DNA from: Marsupella aquatica
Taxonomy: Eukaryota; Plantae; Marchantiophyta
Assembly: GCA_973895155.1 (NCBI GenBank)
Contig: OZ316894.1
Coordinates: forward strand, 5,356,944 to 5,420,943
DNA length: 64,000 nt
Direction of reading: 5' to 3'
The notes beneath the pieces were generated by a model. That model was not told where the DNA came from. It was given only the letters and a program-made list of their open reading frames with translations, and ran no database searches. Numbering within the stretch: the stretch's first letter is position 1; each line of letters begins with the position of its first letter. Made by a program: the position numbers and the translations under genes. This document shows positions 37,401-51,459 of the stretch, piece after piece.

Positions 37401-40400
37401 TGGGTTGAAGGAAGACTGGGGTTATATAGAGTCGCTCAAAAGGAGATAATAATTGAAGAACTTAATAATACATTGAGAATAGTTAGTTGTGCTTGAATGG
37501 GTATGTGGATATGAGACAATGCATATGACTTTTTTAGTGTGTATTGACAAGATATTCCATAAGTGTGATTGCTAAGATTAATCCCTTATTAGAGGAGAGG
37601 GAGCAGTATTTAAAAGAAAAGAAAAGAAAAGGATAAAAAACAAGAGACATAGAGAGAAGAAATAGTGGCTAAAGGAAAGAGAGACGGATGCGATGGGATG
37701 GGCTCCAATTTTTATCACATGTACTATTGGGCAATGCCTTCTTTTTTGTTTGGGAAAAAAGCCAATGCACAAGCCACAATCCAGGAGCATTAAAGAGCTC
37801 CCCCTTTTATCGAGGTTATGGCTATTGCCATATAAAAGTCGGAACCAGAAAATCAAGTGATCTGTGAGAGTTTAATCCTTTCCGGAAAAGCATCTGCACA
37901 TTGCACTGATAAGGTGCAACTATTAACTTGAGCACACTAGCTTGTGTAGAGAGTGGTTTAAGGGATATACCTTTTTCACTAAATCCTGACTTTTTTTTCC
38001 TGTTTGTTTTGTAGTCTGTGAGAAACTAAAATGCTGTGTTTGTTTTTTTCGAAGGTAGGCTATTGTAAAGGCAATACTTCCTGAGCAATACCTATTACTG
38101 GTGGAAGTCCAAATCCTTGATCGCCAATTGTGATCTTGAAATGCATGGACTCTTTCCAATATTATCAAATTTAATTGTCACACACATACTATATATCATA
38201 ATAGAATTTATCTAAAATAAATGCATGGAAAAACTTATTATTTATAGCATTCATTTGTGATATTTGGATATGAAAAAGATGAGTATTTTAATATTTAACA
38301 ATCAAAAGCTTCTTATTTGATTAAAGAGAGATTTATGCAATTTTGACCAAATAAAATGTAAGCAATAATCATCTGCATTTTGTTTGTAGAAAAGCATTCA
38401 TTGCTCTTGATAGGCAGATGAGTCTTCTATAGTTTTGTTTCATATTGGTGGGATGAACGTAGCAAAGTCCATATTAAGAATGTAGAAATTTATTTTTGTT
38501 GGATCTTCAAAATGAAAAAACAAAAATTCTATTAAATAAACTATTGTATTTATTTATCGATCATGTACTATAATCACCGTCGTGCTATCTGATTATATGC
38601 ACTATAAATGAGCAAAGAGACAATAAAAATATGTGTTGGTTTAGCGCACATTTGAGGTTTTGTTTTTTTCAATCTTCACGTACTCATCACTGATGAATTT
38701 ATTTTTGGGAGTTTTTTGCGCAAACATTTTTTTTAGTGAAACATTGAAATAACTTGTACACCAACAATTCATGCATATTGTCATCAGAGGCTGTCTTTGA
38801 TAGAGCAAAATGAGATAAAGCTCTCTAAATTTCCTATTTTGTGGAGGCCCCTAGCCCAAGATATGTCATAAAAAGTTGGTTTATGATAAATTAAACATTC
38901 AAGCTACCAAATGACAAAACATGAAGCCAACGGTGGAGAATAGAGCACTATAAATGTAACTATATCAAACTTTGGAGATTGAATAGTGCATTTCAATCCC
39001 CAAGATGCAAAGAAACTGGATCAAGTGACTCGTGACAACTATTTATGCCAGATCAGAAAGTAGACCAAAGATATTGTAATCAAGCGGGTCTCATGTAGTA
39101 GATTTTTCTCCGTGGTAAACATGTTTTATGCTACATTTGCATTTACCTATCAATATTACTCAAAGTCGTATTTGATAGATGAGTTCTTTTGTGCGTCTTG
39201 GTTTCCAAATGAAATATGTCTTGTCAGGGTTAAGGTTTACCCTTAGGTTTAATGCAAAAGGATATTTTGTTAATCCTTGGCGATTATTAAAGTTGTGTTC
39301 TTCATGTAACATACTAACTTATTTACTCTTTGCGGATTGCTTGGGGGATTGCTAAGATTATGTTACTTGTCAAGTTGTGTTATTCATGCCCACCCAAAAA
39401 AGGTGGAGTGGTACTATAAAAATTTAAGATTGCAAATAATGCCTCCCAAGCATTGGGTTGTCAATGCACAAGAAGCAATTTTGGACCAGTCTGGTTTTCA
39501 CTCCATGAATAAAAATTTGAGTACATAAATCTATAAACTTCTCTACCTGCTGTTCACGTTGGATACCTAGACTTTGCAAAACAAATAGAAATATTTGTTT
39601 TTACTTGACTCTATAATTGTGGAGGAGTGTCCTTGCATTCTCTTTTGTCATATGGGAAAATGGAGTGTGAGTTAAGGATCCAAGAATCCAAATAGGGCCC
39701 TTATTTTATTCTCTTCTCTTTTGTCATTTAATGTAAGTTTTCACTGGCTTTCTTTGCTTTACTATTTGGTCACTTTCTACAGATTTATTTCTTTTTTACA
39801 AATTGAAATGTCATTTAGTGGGGGTGTTCATTTATTGCCCTCTCATTTGCTTACTATTCACTCTTTGTTGAAATCCCATTTTACTACTAACTTTAAAACT
39901 AAAACAATTCATGTATTCATGTTTTCACTCTCAGTCCATTTATCTTTTTCAACTTTTAATTATTTTGCCACTAAAGATGTTCAAATTGATAATACTGCCA
40001 TAGTTTTTTTATTTACAAGTATGCCACAATGACGAAAACTTCAATAAAGTAACCAAGGGAGAATGTACAAAAGCCTAGGATCCTTCAAGAGTGTTGAATG
40101 AGAGAAGACCTTTATATGTTGCCTTTCAAGGTTATTTGTTTTATTGCAAAAATATTGTCTTTTGAAATCCATTTTATACCCAAACGGGAGACAAACATGG
40201 AGTTATAAATTTCTACTATGTATTGATCTTTTTCAAAGTCCAGCTATGATTTGAGTTTCTACTCATTGATAAAAGGTACCATAAAGCGCATATTAACCAA
40301 TTTAGTCAATATCGGAGGATGCATAGATTTAGTTTAATTGAGTTGTTTGCATTGATCAAGAAGTCACTGATATTACTCTTCACACAAGTATTTAAACACA

Positions 40401-41084
40401 AAAGCAATTTGGATGCTTGAATTCACAATATCTAATATATTAAGCTGAGAGTCCCCATGGATATTCACAAACCAAAGGAATAACATATGGACACTTGATT
40501 GCAAGACATCTAATGGTATGAAAGTTCATGTTGAGTTGAGCGGTCACACTAGCCTTCACACACCAAATGAATGTAGACGCTTTAATCCCAACCAACTAAT
40601 GGTTGGAAAATTAGGGGGTGACATGGAAATTTGACAGGAATTTTCAAATATATAGAGGTCTCTAACTGGACTAGTAAAAATTGTGACAATATTGTCACTA
40701 GAACATACTTAACTACAAAGAGATTAAAAACCATATTTCAAAATGGGGAAGTGAAGCCTGGATGGATGGTCATCATGTTATACAATGCTCTGATGTATCA
40801 CATTTTTGTGGTCCATATATGGGAATTTTAGACTTATAACTTGATGATTATGACTCTTAAAAATAATTTTTTGTTTTTCACGTTCAAGGCAACTAGAGAA
40901 GAGATGTAAAAATGCATAAGCCCTAATATTCATATTAACATAACAAAAATTAATCTAATAGAATTTACTGCTATGACAATTTTCAAGATGAATAACTCAA
41001 CCAACATGGTAAAAAATTCATTGACATTTTTATGGAAGTGTAGTTTACCTACTATAGCAGATCCTTAAAAAAACAAATCTGCCT

Positions 41085-41424
41085 CACTCCAAGGTTGGTC
41101 TCACTCCAAGGTTGGTCTCACTCCAAGGTAGGTCCCATATTAGGTGTGAAGTTTTCAAGTAATAAACATCCTAAAACATAAAAGAAAATAAAATATATTT
41201 CAATTATTTTGTAACCCTTAATTTATGGAATATTCTAGGAATATTTCCAAATTTGGTATTGAAAAACCATAGTTCTTATAAATCTCAAAATTGGATTGAA
41301 ACCGGGATGAAAACACCCCTATATTTCTTCAACAAAACTTTTAAAGTCTTCCGTGCAATTAAATTAAAAAACCCTTTTCTTCTTTGCGGGCAATGGGTCG
41401 GAAGAAAAGAAGTGAGGACCCGGG
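41085..41424. mobile_element. Diverged relative of the hAT-type MITE at 51148-51451
   Basis: Shared internal blocks (GGAATATTCT.GGAATATT; TTCTTATAA.TCTCAAAATTG) and a similar right end GAAGTG.G.ACCC. The left end carries three copies of CTCACTCCAAGGT. Confidence 0.5.
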
Positions 41425-41833
41425 AAAAATATAATAATTTTAATTTATAAAATTCTTACAATTAAACTCAAATTGTGTGAATGTAGTCCATGGGAGTTTC
41501 AAAAGACCAACCTTGCAGCCCATAGGAGCATCATTTTAAAAAATCAGGTTAAGGACAAAGTAATAAAAAATTACAGTTTTTAACTACATTGCAATTTAAG
41601 ATATGACTTATTACAATACTGCCAAGGTTTTTTTTCATAATTTTGCCATTTATGATGTGACTTACTACAATAGTGCCACTGTTTTTACATAGTTAGAAGA
41701 CTGCTGCTATTTTTGTATTCATGTAACTAGCTCAAAGCAAGGTTAACCATGAGTCAGGTTCCATCCTCTGGCAGTATTGTAATAAGCCAGATCTTTAGTG
41801 GCAAGGTAGTGAAAAAGCGATGTTAAAAACAAC

Positions 41834-42505
41834 GTGTTACTAACCTCTCCCAAACTGACCGCAATTATCAACCTGTCCCCTTAACTATTTTCATTCCTAA
41901 GTCTACCCCCTTTTCTAATATTGGTTACTCCAACTCCTCTACTTAACCCCAGGTCATTCTGTATTGGTCACCTGCCACATGGCAAGGTGCTATTTGCCAC
42001 GCAGAACCCTGGCTGGTTCTATCCTAACCTGGGCTGACTAATCTCATTTTAATGATTTATGGAGTACCAGCGTGGCTGGCTCCCTCGCGTTGCGCTAAGG
42101 CAGCCGCTTCTTCTCCGCCCCGACTTACCCGCAAAAGCAGCCTGACGATAGGGCAACCCATTCCTTCCCTTTCCCGGCCCAGAACTCCCTACATTGTCAT
42201 AATAGGAGTGAGTCGGTCTGGGTAGAACTGGGCAAAGTTTGGCGGGGCCAAAATTGCCTTGCCACACAGCAGACTACAAATGCTGAAGGAACTTGGGTTA
42301 AATACAGGAGTTAAAGTAACCCATATTCAAAATGATGATAGACTTAGGAGTAAAATAGTTTGGGAGACAAGTTGATAATTACACTCAGTTTGGGGGAGAG
42401 GGTTAATTACATGAGTTAAAGTAAACCATATTCGAAAAGGTCATAGACTTAAGAATTAAAATAATTTGCGAGAGAGGTTGATAATTACACTCAGTTTGGG
42501 GGATC
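41834..42505. mobile_element. Long-TIR foldback/MITE with a duplicated right arm
   Basis: The left arm (TAACCTCTCCCAAACTGA...TTATCAAC...CCTAAGTCTA...GGTTACT, ~41840-41955) is the inverted complement of ~42290-42410. The right arm is repeated in tandem at ~42413-42505. Confidence 0.7.
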
Positions 42506-43091
42506 GGTTTCTAAAAAGCTCATGTTAAAAAATGGAGTGAGTGAGGCACTCAGTGAGCCAATCTTGGTGGGGCCTGTCAATAGTCAGTAATGAGTTTTCT
42601 AGGAACGGTCCCATTGGAGGTGGCCTTTAGAAAAGATAACTACAGGAGTACTTTTAACATGAAGCATTTTTGGGGCTAACCACTCTTACGTGTGTCATAT
42701 TTAGACACGCAGATTGACTCCCAAGATCTTGGAACGATATTGCAATCATTTTCCCCTCAATAAGCGATTCCTACTGTACATTTTGGTAAATCCAGCCAAA
42801 GCTACAGCGCAAGTACTCATCTCTTTTTGGCTCTACCTATAAATACACCCTAAGTCTTGGCGCAAACACAAAAACGGAGAATTTGAGCATCCTTCCCTCT
42901 TGATTCACTTTTACGAGTCACGATATTCACAATGAACATTCGTCTTTTAGTCCCTTTTGTTGTTTCAGAATGACTAATAGGACATACGATCTTATTTATA
43001 CTGTTCACAACCACTAAACTGTTTTGAGCACAATGACAATATTAATTGCCATTCTACTGTAGTGACTTGTAGGAGGACATCCTCTTTGGCT

Positions 43092-43205
43092 CTACCAATC
43101 ACGTTCAGTTGATTCCAATTTGCAATGTTTTCGTGTGCTTTCTGCAAGCTACCAATCACGTTCAGTTGATTCCAATTTGCAATGTTTTCGTGTGCTTTCT
43201 GCAAG
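43092..43205. repeat. Perfect 57-bp tandem duplication
   Basis: CTACCAATCACGTTCAGTTGATTCCAATTTGCAATGTTTTCGTGTGCTTTCTGCAAG occurs twice in tandem. Confidence 0.95.
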
Positions 43206-45269
43206 CGACAAAAGCGTTTCTATGGGTTTCAGTTGTTGTAATAGCCATATTCATTCAACCCTCCCTTCCACCCCCAAACAAGGCAGTTTAATAATAGCCT
43301 TCCCATCTTTCACAAGTCTAGATGGAACCTAATGTGTGACAAACAACTGCGATCCATGGACACACATCAACCCAGTTGGTCCGTTTTCAAATGTTTCTTT
43401 GAACTAAATAACAGCTCTATTTGTGTACTTGCTCTTGATAGCTCCTACTGTATATAGGACCGGGTTTCATGGTAAAACATTCTGGTTCATCCAAGCTTAA
43501 ATTTTAGGATGTTCTGAAATAGTAAAAATGAAAGACAAAAGTGTTCTAAACAATGCATAGTTTCGTTACCAGATGCCCATATCACATGCTTTTAGTATCG
43601 TAAATGAAATGTTTCAGGTAACATTTAAACACATTTCGAAGCCTTACAACTCAGAACCTTGGCCCTCTCTCTATGACATAAAAACTTTTGTTATTTTTCT
43701 CTTTACTACATTAATTTCCCATACATCCCCTTTCTTTTGAGGAGGGCATTATGTGAAGTATCACAAAAATAGGAAAGGTAAAACCCACATATAGTGTTAC
43801 CAAATAAAATAACATAATAACTTCTATCAAAATCACAAGATTTTTTTTTAACTTCTTTCATGCCTTTGGCCAATTGCAGGCCCTTTTGCTTGGATTTTTT
43901 ATTCAGAGATTCACTTTTTCTTGTTTGTTACCAAAAAATCAATCAAGTTTTTACGCACATGAATGTCCTAGTTGCAGGCATTATGAGAATAATGCACTCC
44001 AAACTTGGGCTGCCACCCTCATTTTTCAGGGCACTATATCTCATAATGCCCTATAATCTGGACATTATCCTATTCAAAATTGCCAGTGTTTGAACTTAAA
44101 AGGCTCACATTCACTAGTGGTTCAAGATTGAGCCTATGGTCACTAAATGACTTGAGAGGCGTATTAAAGGTTCACTCTCTTTAGTGCTTCAACATTGAGC
44201 TTTATAGACAATTGCAAAAGCATCCAAAAGCTGAACACATAAACTGCACCACGGAAATGTTAGGTATATGCTATTGACTTACAGTAGTACTGAAACTGTT
44301 TTCTGATGCCCCTAACTTGTTGTCTTTGTGTCTGCTAGAGGTCAGAGAATAGAATCATCTGTTGAGATGTCCTGTATCAGTGCTGGGCACACGCTAACTA
44401 GCCCTATGCTCAGATGAAAGCTTCATTCCATTCAATGCAATCTGTACTCCAGGACATTAAGGGTAGTCTGATGATTTTTATTGCTCTTCCCTTTCAGGGC
44501 TTGCCAAGTTTTATATCTCATTATTCTAAACCATATTTTGTGGTGTATCTGTAGGGTTGAAGTTGAGCACAGTGCATTGTCGCTGGTGTCAAAAGTAGTG
44601 TCTGAATACGAGATTGCACGAGATCCACCATTTATCTAGGGATATGACCACTTAACTTATATTTAGGGTCCTTAATGGAGCAATGGGGCTCTGGTACGCC
44701 TCCCCGCTGAGGGTCGGTATATGGTCCCTCCATATGCTCCAGGTCCCCCCATATGCTCCATTACAGGACCATAAACATATCAGTTTCACCGTCCATGAGA
44801 GGGACCTCTCTTAGTTGGGTTTAGTTTGATCCAACAATTTTGTGACGAGAGAGAAGTGTCTTCACTGAGGAATGGTCGAGAGTATAATTGTCTTTGGCAC
44901 CCTTCTATTTATAGGATTTAATTGAGCAGCACTGGTGTGCTGCTAGGTCTGGCTTGAGTGTGTCTAGCTAGAGCTCGGCTGCGGAGAACGACAGTTCTTT
45001 ATATTTGGAACTCACAGATCGAACGCAGGCACTGCACGAGAATAATTATAGTTCCTCCACTCCTCCTCCGAGTGGTTCTTCGAGATCTGGGTTCTGGATC
45101 ACAGTCACGTGATCTCAGAAATGAGTATTAATTCCACTTCTCGTTGACGATTTCTCAAAACATCTTGTTGTTCCGAAAGTGAATTTGAAACTTCGAGAAA
45201 CACCACTCTCCGCCTGCCTTCGATTGAGGCAAGATCAGATTGGGCGAGAATCTAGATTGCGCGGAAGAG

Positions 45270-47238
45270 ATGGCGCCAGAAGAAACGAATGACGCCCAGA
45301 CGGAATCCATTTTGACACCTCATGGTGAAGATGACAGCAGGTACTTGGCAATCAACCTCACGATGCTGACTATTCTCCCCATGGCGATGAAGGCTTTCAC
45401 TGAGCTGGGAATCGCTGACATACTCGCCAAGGGGAAGGGGCCGATGACAGCCGAGGATATCGTTGCGAAGCTGCCAACAAAATCCGCAAGTGGAGCTGCC
45501 CGGAATCTCAAACGCCTTCTGAGACCCTTGGTGCGTGAACGAGTCCTCAGTGAAGCTCTCAATGCCGAGAAGGAAACAGTCTACGGCCTCACGGAGATTT
45601 CCAAATGGTTCACCAGTGACATTGAATTCAGCGCTCTACCCTATGCACGTAAGCTATTCTATCACCTTGAATGTCAGTTATACACAGAGATCCCCTGTTC
45701 CATTTAAAGTGAGAAACAGGGGATTATAATAATGCCGGATCGTAGCGAAATTGAATCTTATGTAGTTACGGCAAGTTTACACCAACTGATCACAAGTAGA
45801 TCTTTTGATCTCCTTGACTGCTGTTTCTTGTTGGATTTGACTGTTGCACTTGTTAATTACCTTTTGGAACGAGCAGGTCTCAATTTTAGCTCAAATTATC
45901 TATCTCTATGGCCTCGAATGAAAGAGGTCATTCTGGATAATTCCGCAATCCCCTTCGAGGCTGAGTATGGAATGCCCTTCTTCGATTACACCGAGAAAGA
46001 CGCGGAGTTCAGGACGAAGTTCCATGACGGAATGTTGTGCGTGAGCCAGCTTCAATTCAGGGAAGTTGTTAACCATTTGGAGCACAGTGGAGTTCTAGAC
46101 GGAGTGAAGACTCTTGTGGATGTTGGAGGAGGCAGGCTGGCGACCATTGTTGGCCACATTGTTGCTCAACACCCAGACATTCACGGCATTAATTTCGACC
46201 TCCCAGAGATCATCGCCACAGCTCCCCCAGTGAAAGGTATGGAATCTTTCCACCTTGGAAAAGTCAAATCAGTACTTCTACTGTTTGGATTATGCTGACG
46301 GAGTGTCTTTTCCACCCGTTCCGCATAATTGCCAGACAAAATAATTTCTTCTCCCTCCATGGATGTGGGGTTGTTGAAATCGCCCTCTTTACCGTACAGT
46401 GTCATGCATGTCAGACAATCTGCCCACCATCTTTAGTAAGCTTGTGAGTTGTGATTCGCGTGCCCCACACATTGCTTACCACGCTGCATGCCACTGAACC
46501 AAATGTTGCGGTCCGGCTTTCAAGGTGAGGTCACGAGCACTGTACCTTGGTAGTGAAATTGTGGAGGCATCGATATATATGATCGAGATACATCTTGATC
46601 GGTTTGCAGAAGTTTCAGTGATTGATCCTTTAGGCTCAAACGTCCAATTATCAAATATCAGTGATTCTGATCTAAAGTTCTTACCACTACAGGTGTGGAG
46701 CATGTAGCTGGTAATTTTTTCAAGGGTGTGCCGTCTGGAGATGCCATATTCATGAAGGTTCGTATCGGAACCTGAAAATTTCTCCTTGAACGGTGCTGTC
46801 GCTCCTCCCCTGGCCAGGGCCCTCCTGTGCTGCACTTTGTTAAAGAACTCCTCAATCAAGGAGATTGTTGATCAATTCTGTGATAAAGCTTCCGACATTT
46901 ATGAAATTGCAATCGACACTGGGTTGTTTATGCAGTTAATCTTGCACGGCTGTGGAGACGATGAGGCGGTCTTGATCCTAAAGAAGTGTCTCGAAGCTGT
47001 TCCAAAGAATGGTAAGGTCATTCTAGCCGAGTATGTCCTAAACGACGGCCAGGAGAAGAGTGCCACTGGACGATATGCAGAGTTTCAGGACATCAAGATG
47101 ATGTCGGTACACAAGGGAGGCAAGGAGAGAACGAAGGAGGAATATCAGGCACTACTGAAAGCAGCTGGTTTCTCACATTTCAGCTTGGTCGTTAGTCCAG
47201 CAGGGGGCATGGACTTGGTCCAAGCGATTAAAATCTAA
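45270..47238 (+). CDS. Class II (COMT-like) SAM-dependent O-methyltransferase (368 aa, 4 exons)
   Basis: Exons 45270-45648, 45877-46236, 46693-46757 and 46936-47238 (GT-AG, 1107 nt in frame). Dimerisation domain LPMAMKAFTELGIADIL..LKRLLRPL..YGLT; methyltransferase motifs LVDVGGG, GINFDLPEII, GVEHVAGNFFKGVPSGDAIFMK.ILH, GKVILAE, GGKERT..EY..L...AGF. Confidence 0.93.
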
Positions 47239-49129
47239 TGCGCATATATCACAGATTGACAGTAACCCCGTACTAGAAATTTCGGCAATCTGCGCATGTA
47301 ATCTCTGCTACTCTACTATGTAGAGTGGAACATCTTTTCTGAGATCTCAAAAGAAATGCAAGAACCCAACATTGCTCCTTCTGAGGCCACAGACAGATGG
47401 GAGAAGGAATAGGATGTCGTTTTTTTAAAGTAGGAATAGAACACATTAGCTGTACGACATCTATGACTACTAAAGACGCTGGAGTTTGTAAGAGGTTCTT
47501 ATATCTTTTATACAAATAACATAGCCTGTGCTTGACACCATTAGTTGCAATTTGTAAAAATGATTACGTAATGGAGAACATTCTCTTCAGTTCTAGGGAT
47601 TGACGTTCATCGATCCAGGAAACTGAAAATTTGAACTGCTGGTTGGAATTCGGACATGCAATTCGAAGTGTACTAATTGAAATGCACGACTCGAATAACA
47701 GTAGTTTAGTGTGTAAATTTGGGAACTCGAGTTGAAAAATCGTCACCTGAATTTCGTAATAGGCGAGCTGAAGTAGATAAGATATTTTCTATTGTCTAAA
47801 CTCTAGAACTCGAGCGAAATTTCGGTTCATTCATTTAGATCTGAGTGTAGACCAAAATCTGCAATCGAGCATCATTCAAGTGTCGGAATCCAAAAGAGCT
47901 TGAACGACCAAGATCTCCTCTAATGTGTTCATCAATCTGGGTCCTGGTCGCATGCCACCCGGTAGCCATTCCTCTGGAAACCCTAGAAATCCATAGATGT
48001 ACAGGATCGGAAGGCAATTTCTTTAAGATCTCCTGGCTGCTGCACTTTTCTGGGCGTGTAATGAAATGGAGATTCAGGACTTCGTACAACTAGAGCTGTT
48101 AGCTAGTGCACTTTTCTGGGGTGTGTAGTGACATGGAGATTCAGAGCTTCGTACAACTAATGCTGTAGCTCGCGTTTCTTTCCTAAATCAGAAGTCTCTT
48201 TTGCCTTATTCTTCTTTTCATCTGAGGGACAGGAAAATTGTAGTTTTTATCCAAGGGTCATATTGAGTTCCCTTCAAAAGTGCATTTTATAACGAAAGAT
48301 AAGTAAAATAGACAGGATTGTATATTATCGTGAGTATATATATCATTCATATCATATTCCCGTTCATTCTGACTTGTTAGTATTCCTGTCAACCGCTAGA
48401 TTTGATTGTTTCTCAATCTGAGATATTTTTCAATCTGAGATAGGCCTGGATCGACCCCTACATTGGTAAAAAATGTTCCCATGTATTTTACTCACAATGT
48501 CACATGGACTATTCCTAATTAGTTCATCTGGATTGTGTGCTTTTTGTGTGTCTATGTGAGCATTGGAGCATCTTTTCCTATATCATGTCAACCCCTAGAC
48601 TTGATTGTTTCTCAATCTGAGATAGGTTGGCCCTACAACCTTCCCAGAAGATGATGTACCACCGCCCTACTCTATGAACATGTTAAATTCCAAGCTCATT
48701 CCGTCAGAATGATTGTGTTGCTACATTTTTTGCAAAACTGGGATTAATTTTCGTCGAAATAAATGTACATCATATATGTCATATTTGATGTGTAGTTCCG
48801 TGCTTTTGGTTCCAATCATGGATTCCAGCCATGATTGCGTAAGCTACTCAAGATCAAATCCGTAGTTTGTGTACTGAAGAATATGAAAAGTTTTCATATT
48901 TCAAAATCTTGATTGCATCCATTTTTCTTGAAAGTTTAATTTGAAATAGGTTACATCGATCAGATTCACCCCTACCCAATTTCTGAGGCCAATGTAGTCT
49001 CTTCCATTGTTGTCTCTTCCATTGTTGTCTCTTCCATTGCGTTCAAAGCACATTTCCAGGTTAGCACTCTCTTGGATTGGAGCTGACTTGTACAGATTTG
49101 TACATTTTCTCAGGCGCACACTTACTTGG

Positions 49130-49365
49130 ATGCTTTGGGTGGATTCTTTTTTGTCACGACAAGATACTATACTTAATACCAATGCACAAGTAATAGTTTA
49201 AGCCTCCAATGCTTTGGGTGGATTCTTTTTTGTCACGACAAGATACTATACTTAATACCAATGCACAAGTAATATTTTAAGCCTCCAATGCTTTGGGTGG
49301 ATTCTTTTTTGTGACGAACAAGATACTATACTTAATACCAATGCACAAGTAACTCTAAGCCTCCA
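49130..49365. repeat. Tandem repeat, three copies of a 79-bp unit
   Basis: ATGCTTTGGGTGGATTCTTTTTTGT...AAGCCTCCA starts at 49130, 49209 and 49288. Confidence 0.95.
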
Positions 49366-51147
49366 AAAGTGGCACCCAACTGAAAAGCTTTTCTAAGTAT
49401 GTCTTTTCTAACATACCCTTTAATAAATCTGTTATTTAGTCCCTGCCAATAGAGGAGACTTGATCACGTACAAAACCATATATCTCCTAAACCATTAAGC
49501 ACACATCTTATTGTGTAAGAACCAAAACTTTATTCATGAATTTTTTTTTCAAATAAAAAAAATATGGCACGATGCTAGGCCGTATGCCAATGGGCAGTCT
49601 ACACCCCAACAATTAATCACTCAATCACATATCTTTTCTTTGTACAAGGCTGAAAATATATAGTCTAAGTTGGCTACCTTGGGAAACAACACATGAACTG
49701 GCCTTGTACTACTATGAACACATAGTTGTGCGGAGCTTTTTCTTTGCACATGCACCATAAAGAGATTCCTTGGCCCTGTCAAATGAACCTAATCATGATT
49801 CATACGCCAAAAAATGATTCATCCTAAGACAATGACACAATTATGCATTTATGCTGGACTCAATGTTTGTCTTGGTAGTCATCATGAGAAATCAGATGCA
49901 TCTCAGCCATGCATACGTGGGAATATATGAGTGTTAATTAAAAAATCAAGTTTTTGCAATATAACATACTCATCTTGGGAACAAGCTTGCTTATTTGTCT
50001 TGTAATGTTTCTCTTTCAACAAGAGGTAGAGTATTTTCTCACTTTGAAAAAGATAATTACACTGACTATTGTACACTGTGTTTAACTATTGTACTGTGGG
50101 TACAATATTCCTTGAATACTTGGATTTTTGGATCTTTAATTTTGAGCTGTATTTTTAGGGGCTCTTTATTTAGGTGACACTTATTGATGTATAAATCATA
50201 AATATTGTAAAGTTATCAACCAATGGAATATAAGCTACACTACACCCCACTTTTGAGTTCTAGTTGCCCGGTTGAGCCTGGTGGAGAGTCTCTCTTGATT
50301 GAAACCAAGGCATTAAAAAAATTAAGGGGGTTAGAAGAAATTGTTAAATTTGAAATAATACAAAACAAAAGCCCACACTAGGTCAAATGCATATAAAAAT
50401 ACATGACAAGTAACATGAATAAGACAAGACACCTAAAAGTTGTTCCTCCATAACTTGTCTTAGACAAGACAACTAAAAAAGAGAAATATACACACTTTTT
50501 ATATACAAAGGGACTGTTGAGCATAGATGACATTCGCAACAGCAAGCCCATGAACCATCCAACGCACAATAGTCGACACAGAGAGATACGTGGTTCACCT
50601 CCACATGAGGCTACGTCCACGGGAACACACAAGAGCTTTACTGCACTCTAGGCCGACCGGCCATACCAAGCATCCACAGCACAAGCTCTCCCTATCTCTC
50701 AACTAGCTCCATAACAATGAGCCTAAGTTCCACCAGGGTCTGGCATCAGTCCTGGCTATATGCACAACAGCACTACCGCTAACCTTAGCTAGGTCCTAAC
50801 CCGAGTTAGCCTAACTGTGGTTAGCACAAGAGTCACAAGACTAGAGCAATATCTAACAGGGACCAATCAGAGTACGAATGAACAAACAAAAGAGGGCCCA
50901 AGTAGACAAAACCAATCGAAAAAGAAGTGAGCAAAAGGGAACCACTAAACACCAAGACAGAGGAACTAAAAGTAAGAAATGAGCAATAGGGAACCCCTAA
51001 AAACCAAGAAAGAGAGACTAAAACTAACCCAAGCGGACTGAGGTCCTCATCATTCCTAGCGAATGTGGCAAAAAGCTACTGGTCCACATCAAGGGTCAAA
51101 GCTAGATCGGCAAGTGGGATTGGAACATCCTCTAGGGGAGCTAGCCG

Positions 51148-51451
51148 CTCGGGGGTCTCACTATATGGGGACCTCCCCATCGTCTGCGACGTTTTTAGGC
51201 CTTGGACCCCCTAAACCCCTAAAATGTAAGAATTTTTTTAATTTTTTAACCCCTATAAAGTTGGAATATTCTTGGAATATTCTAAAAATTGGATTAAACA
51301 GACCCTAATATTCTTATAAGTCTCAAAATTGAATTTAAAAGACCCTATTGTTCTTCTACAAAAATTCTTAAGTTTTCCCTTAGAACCAATAAAATGACCC
51401 TATCCTTCGTCGCACGTGATATGCCATTTTTGTGGAAGTGCGACCCCCGAG
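51148..51451. mobile_element. 304-bp hAT-type MITE inserted in the retrotransposon
   Basis: 15-bp TIRs CTCGGGGGTCTCACT / AGTGCGACCCCCGAG (one mismatch) and a perfect 8-bp TSD GCTAGCCG at 51140-47 and 51452-59. Confidence 0.9.
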
Positions 51452-51459
51452 GCTAGCCG

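Noticed and set aside
42830-44680. Possible decayed gene (TATA-like motif at 42838; fragment CFNIELYRQLQKHP faintly like a short-chain dehydrogenase)
   Set aside because: Multiple stop codons, and the similarity is too weak to support without a database search.
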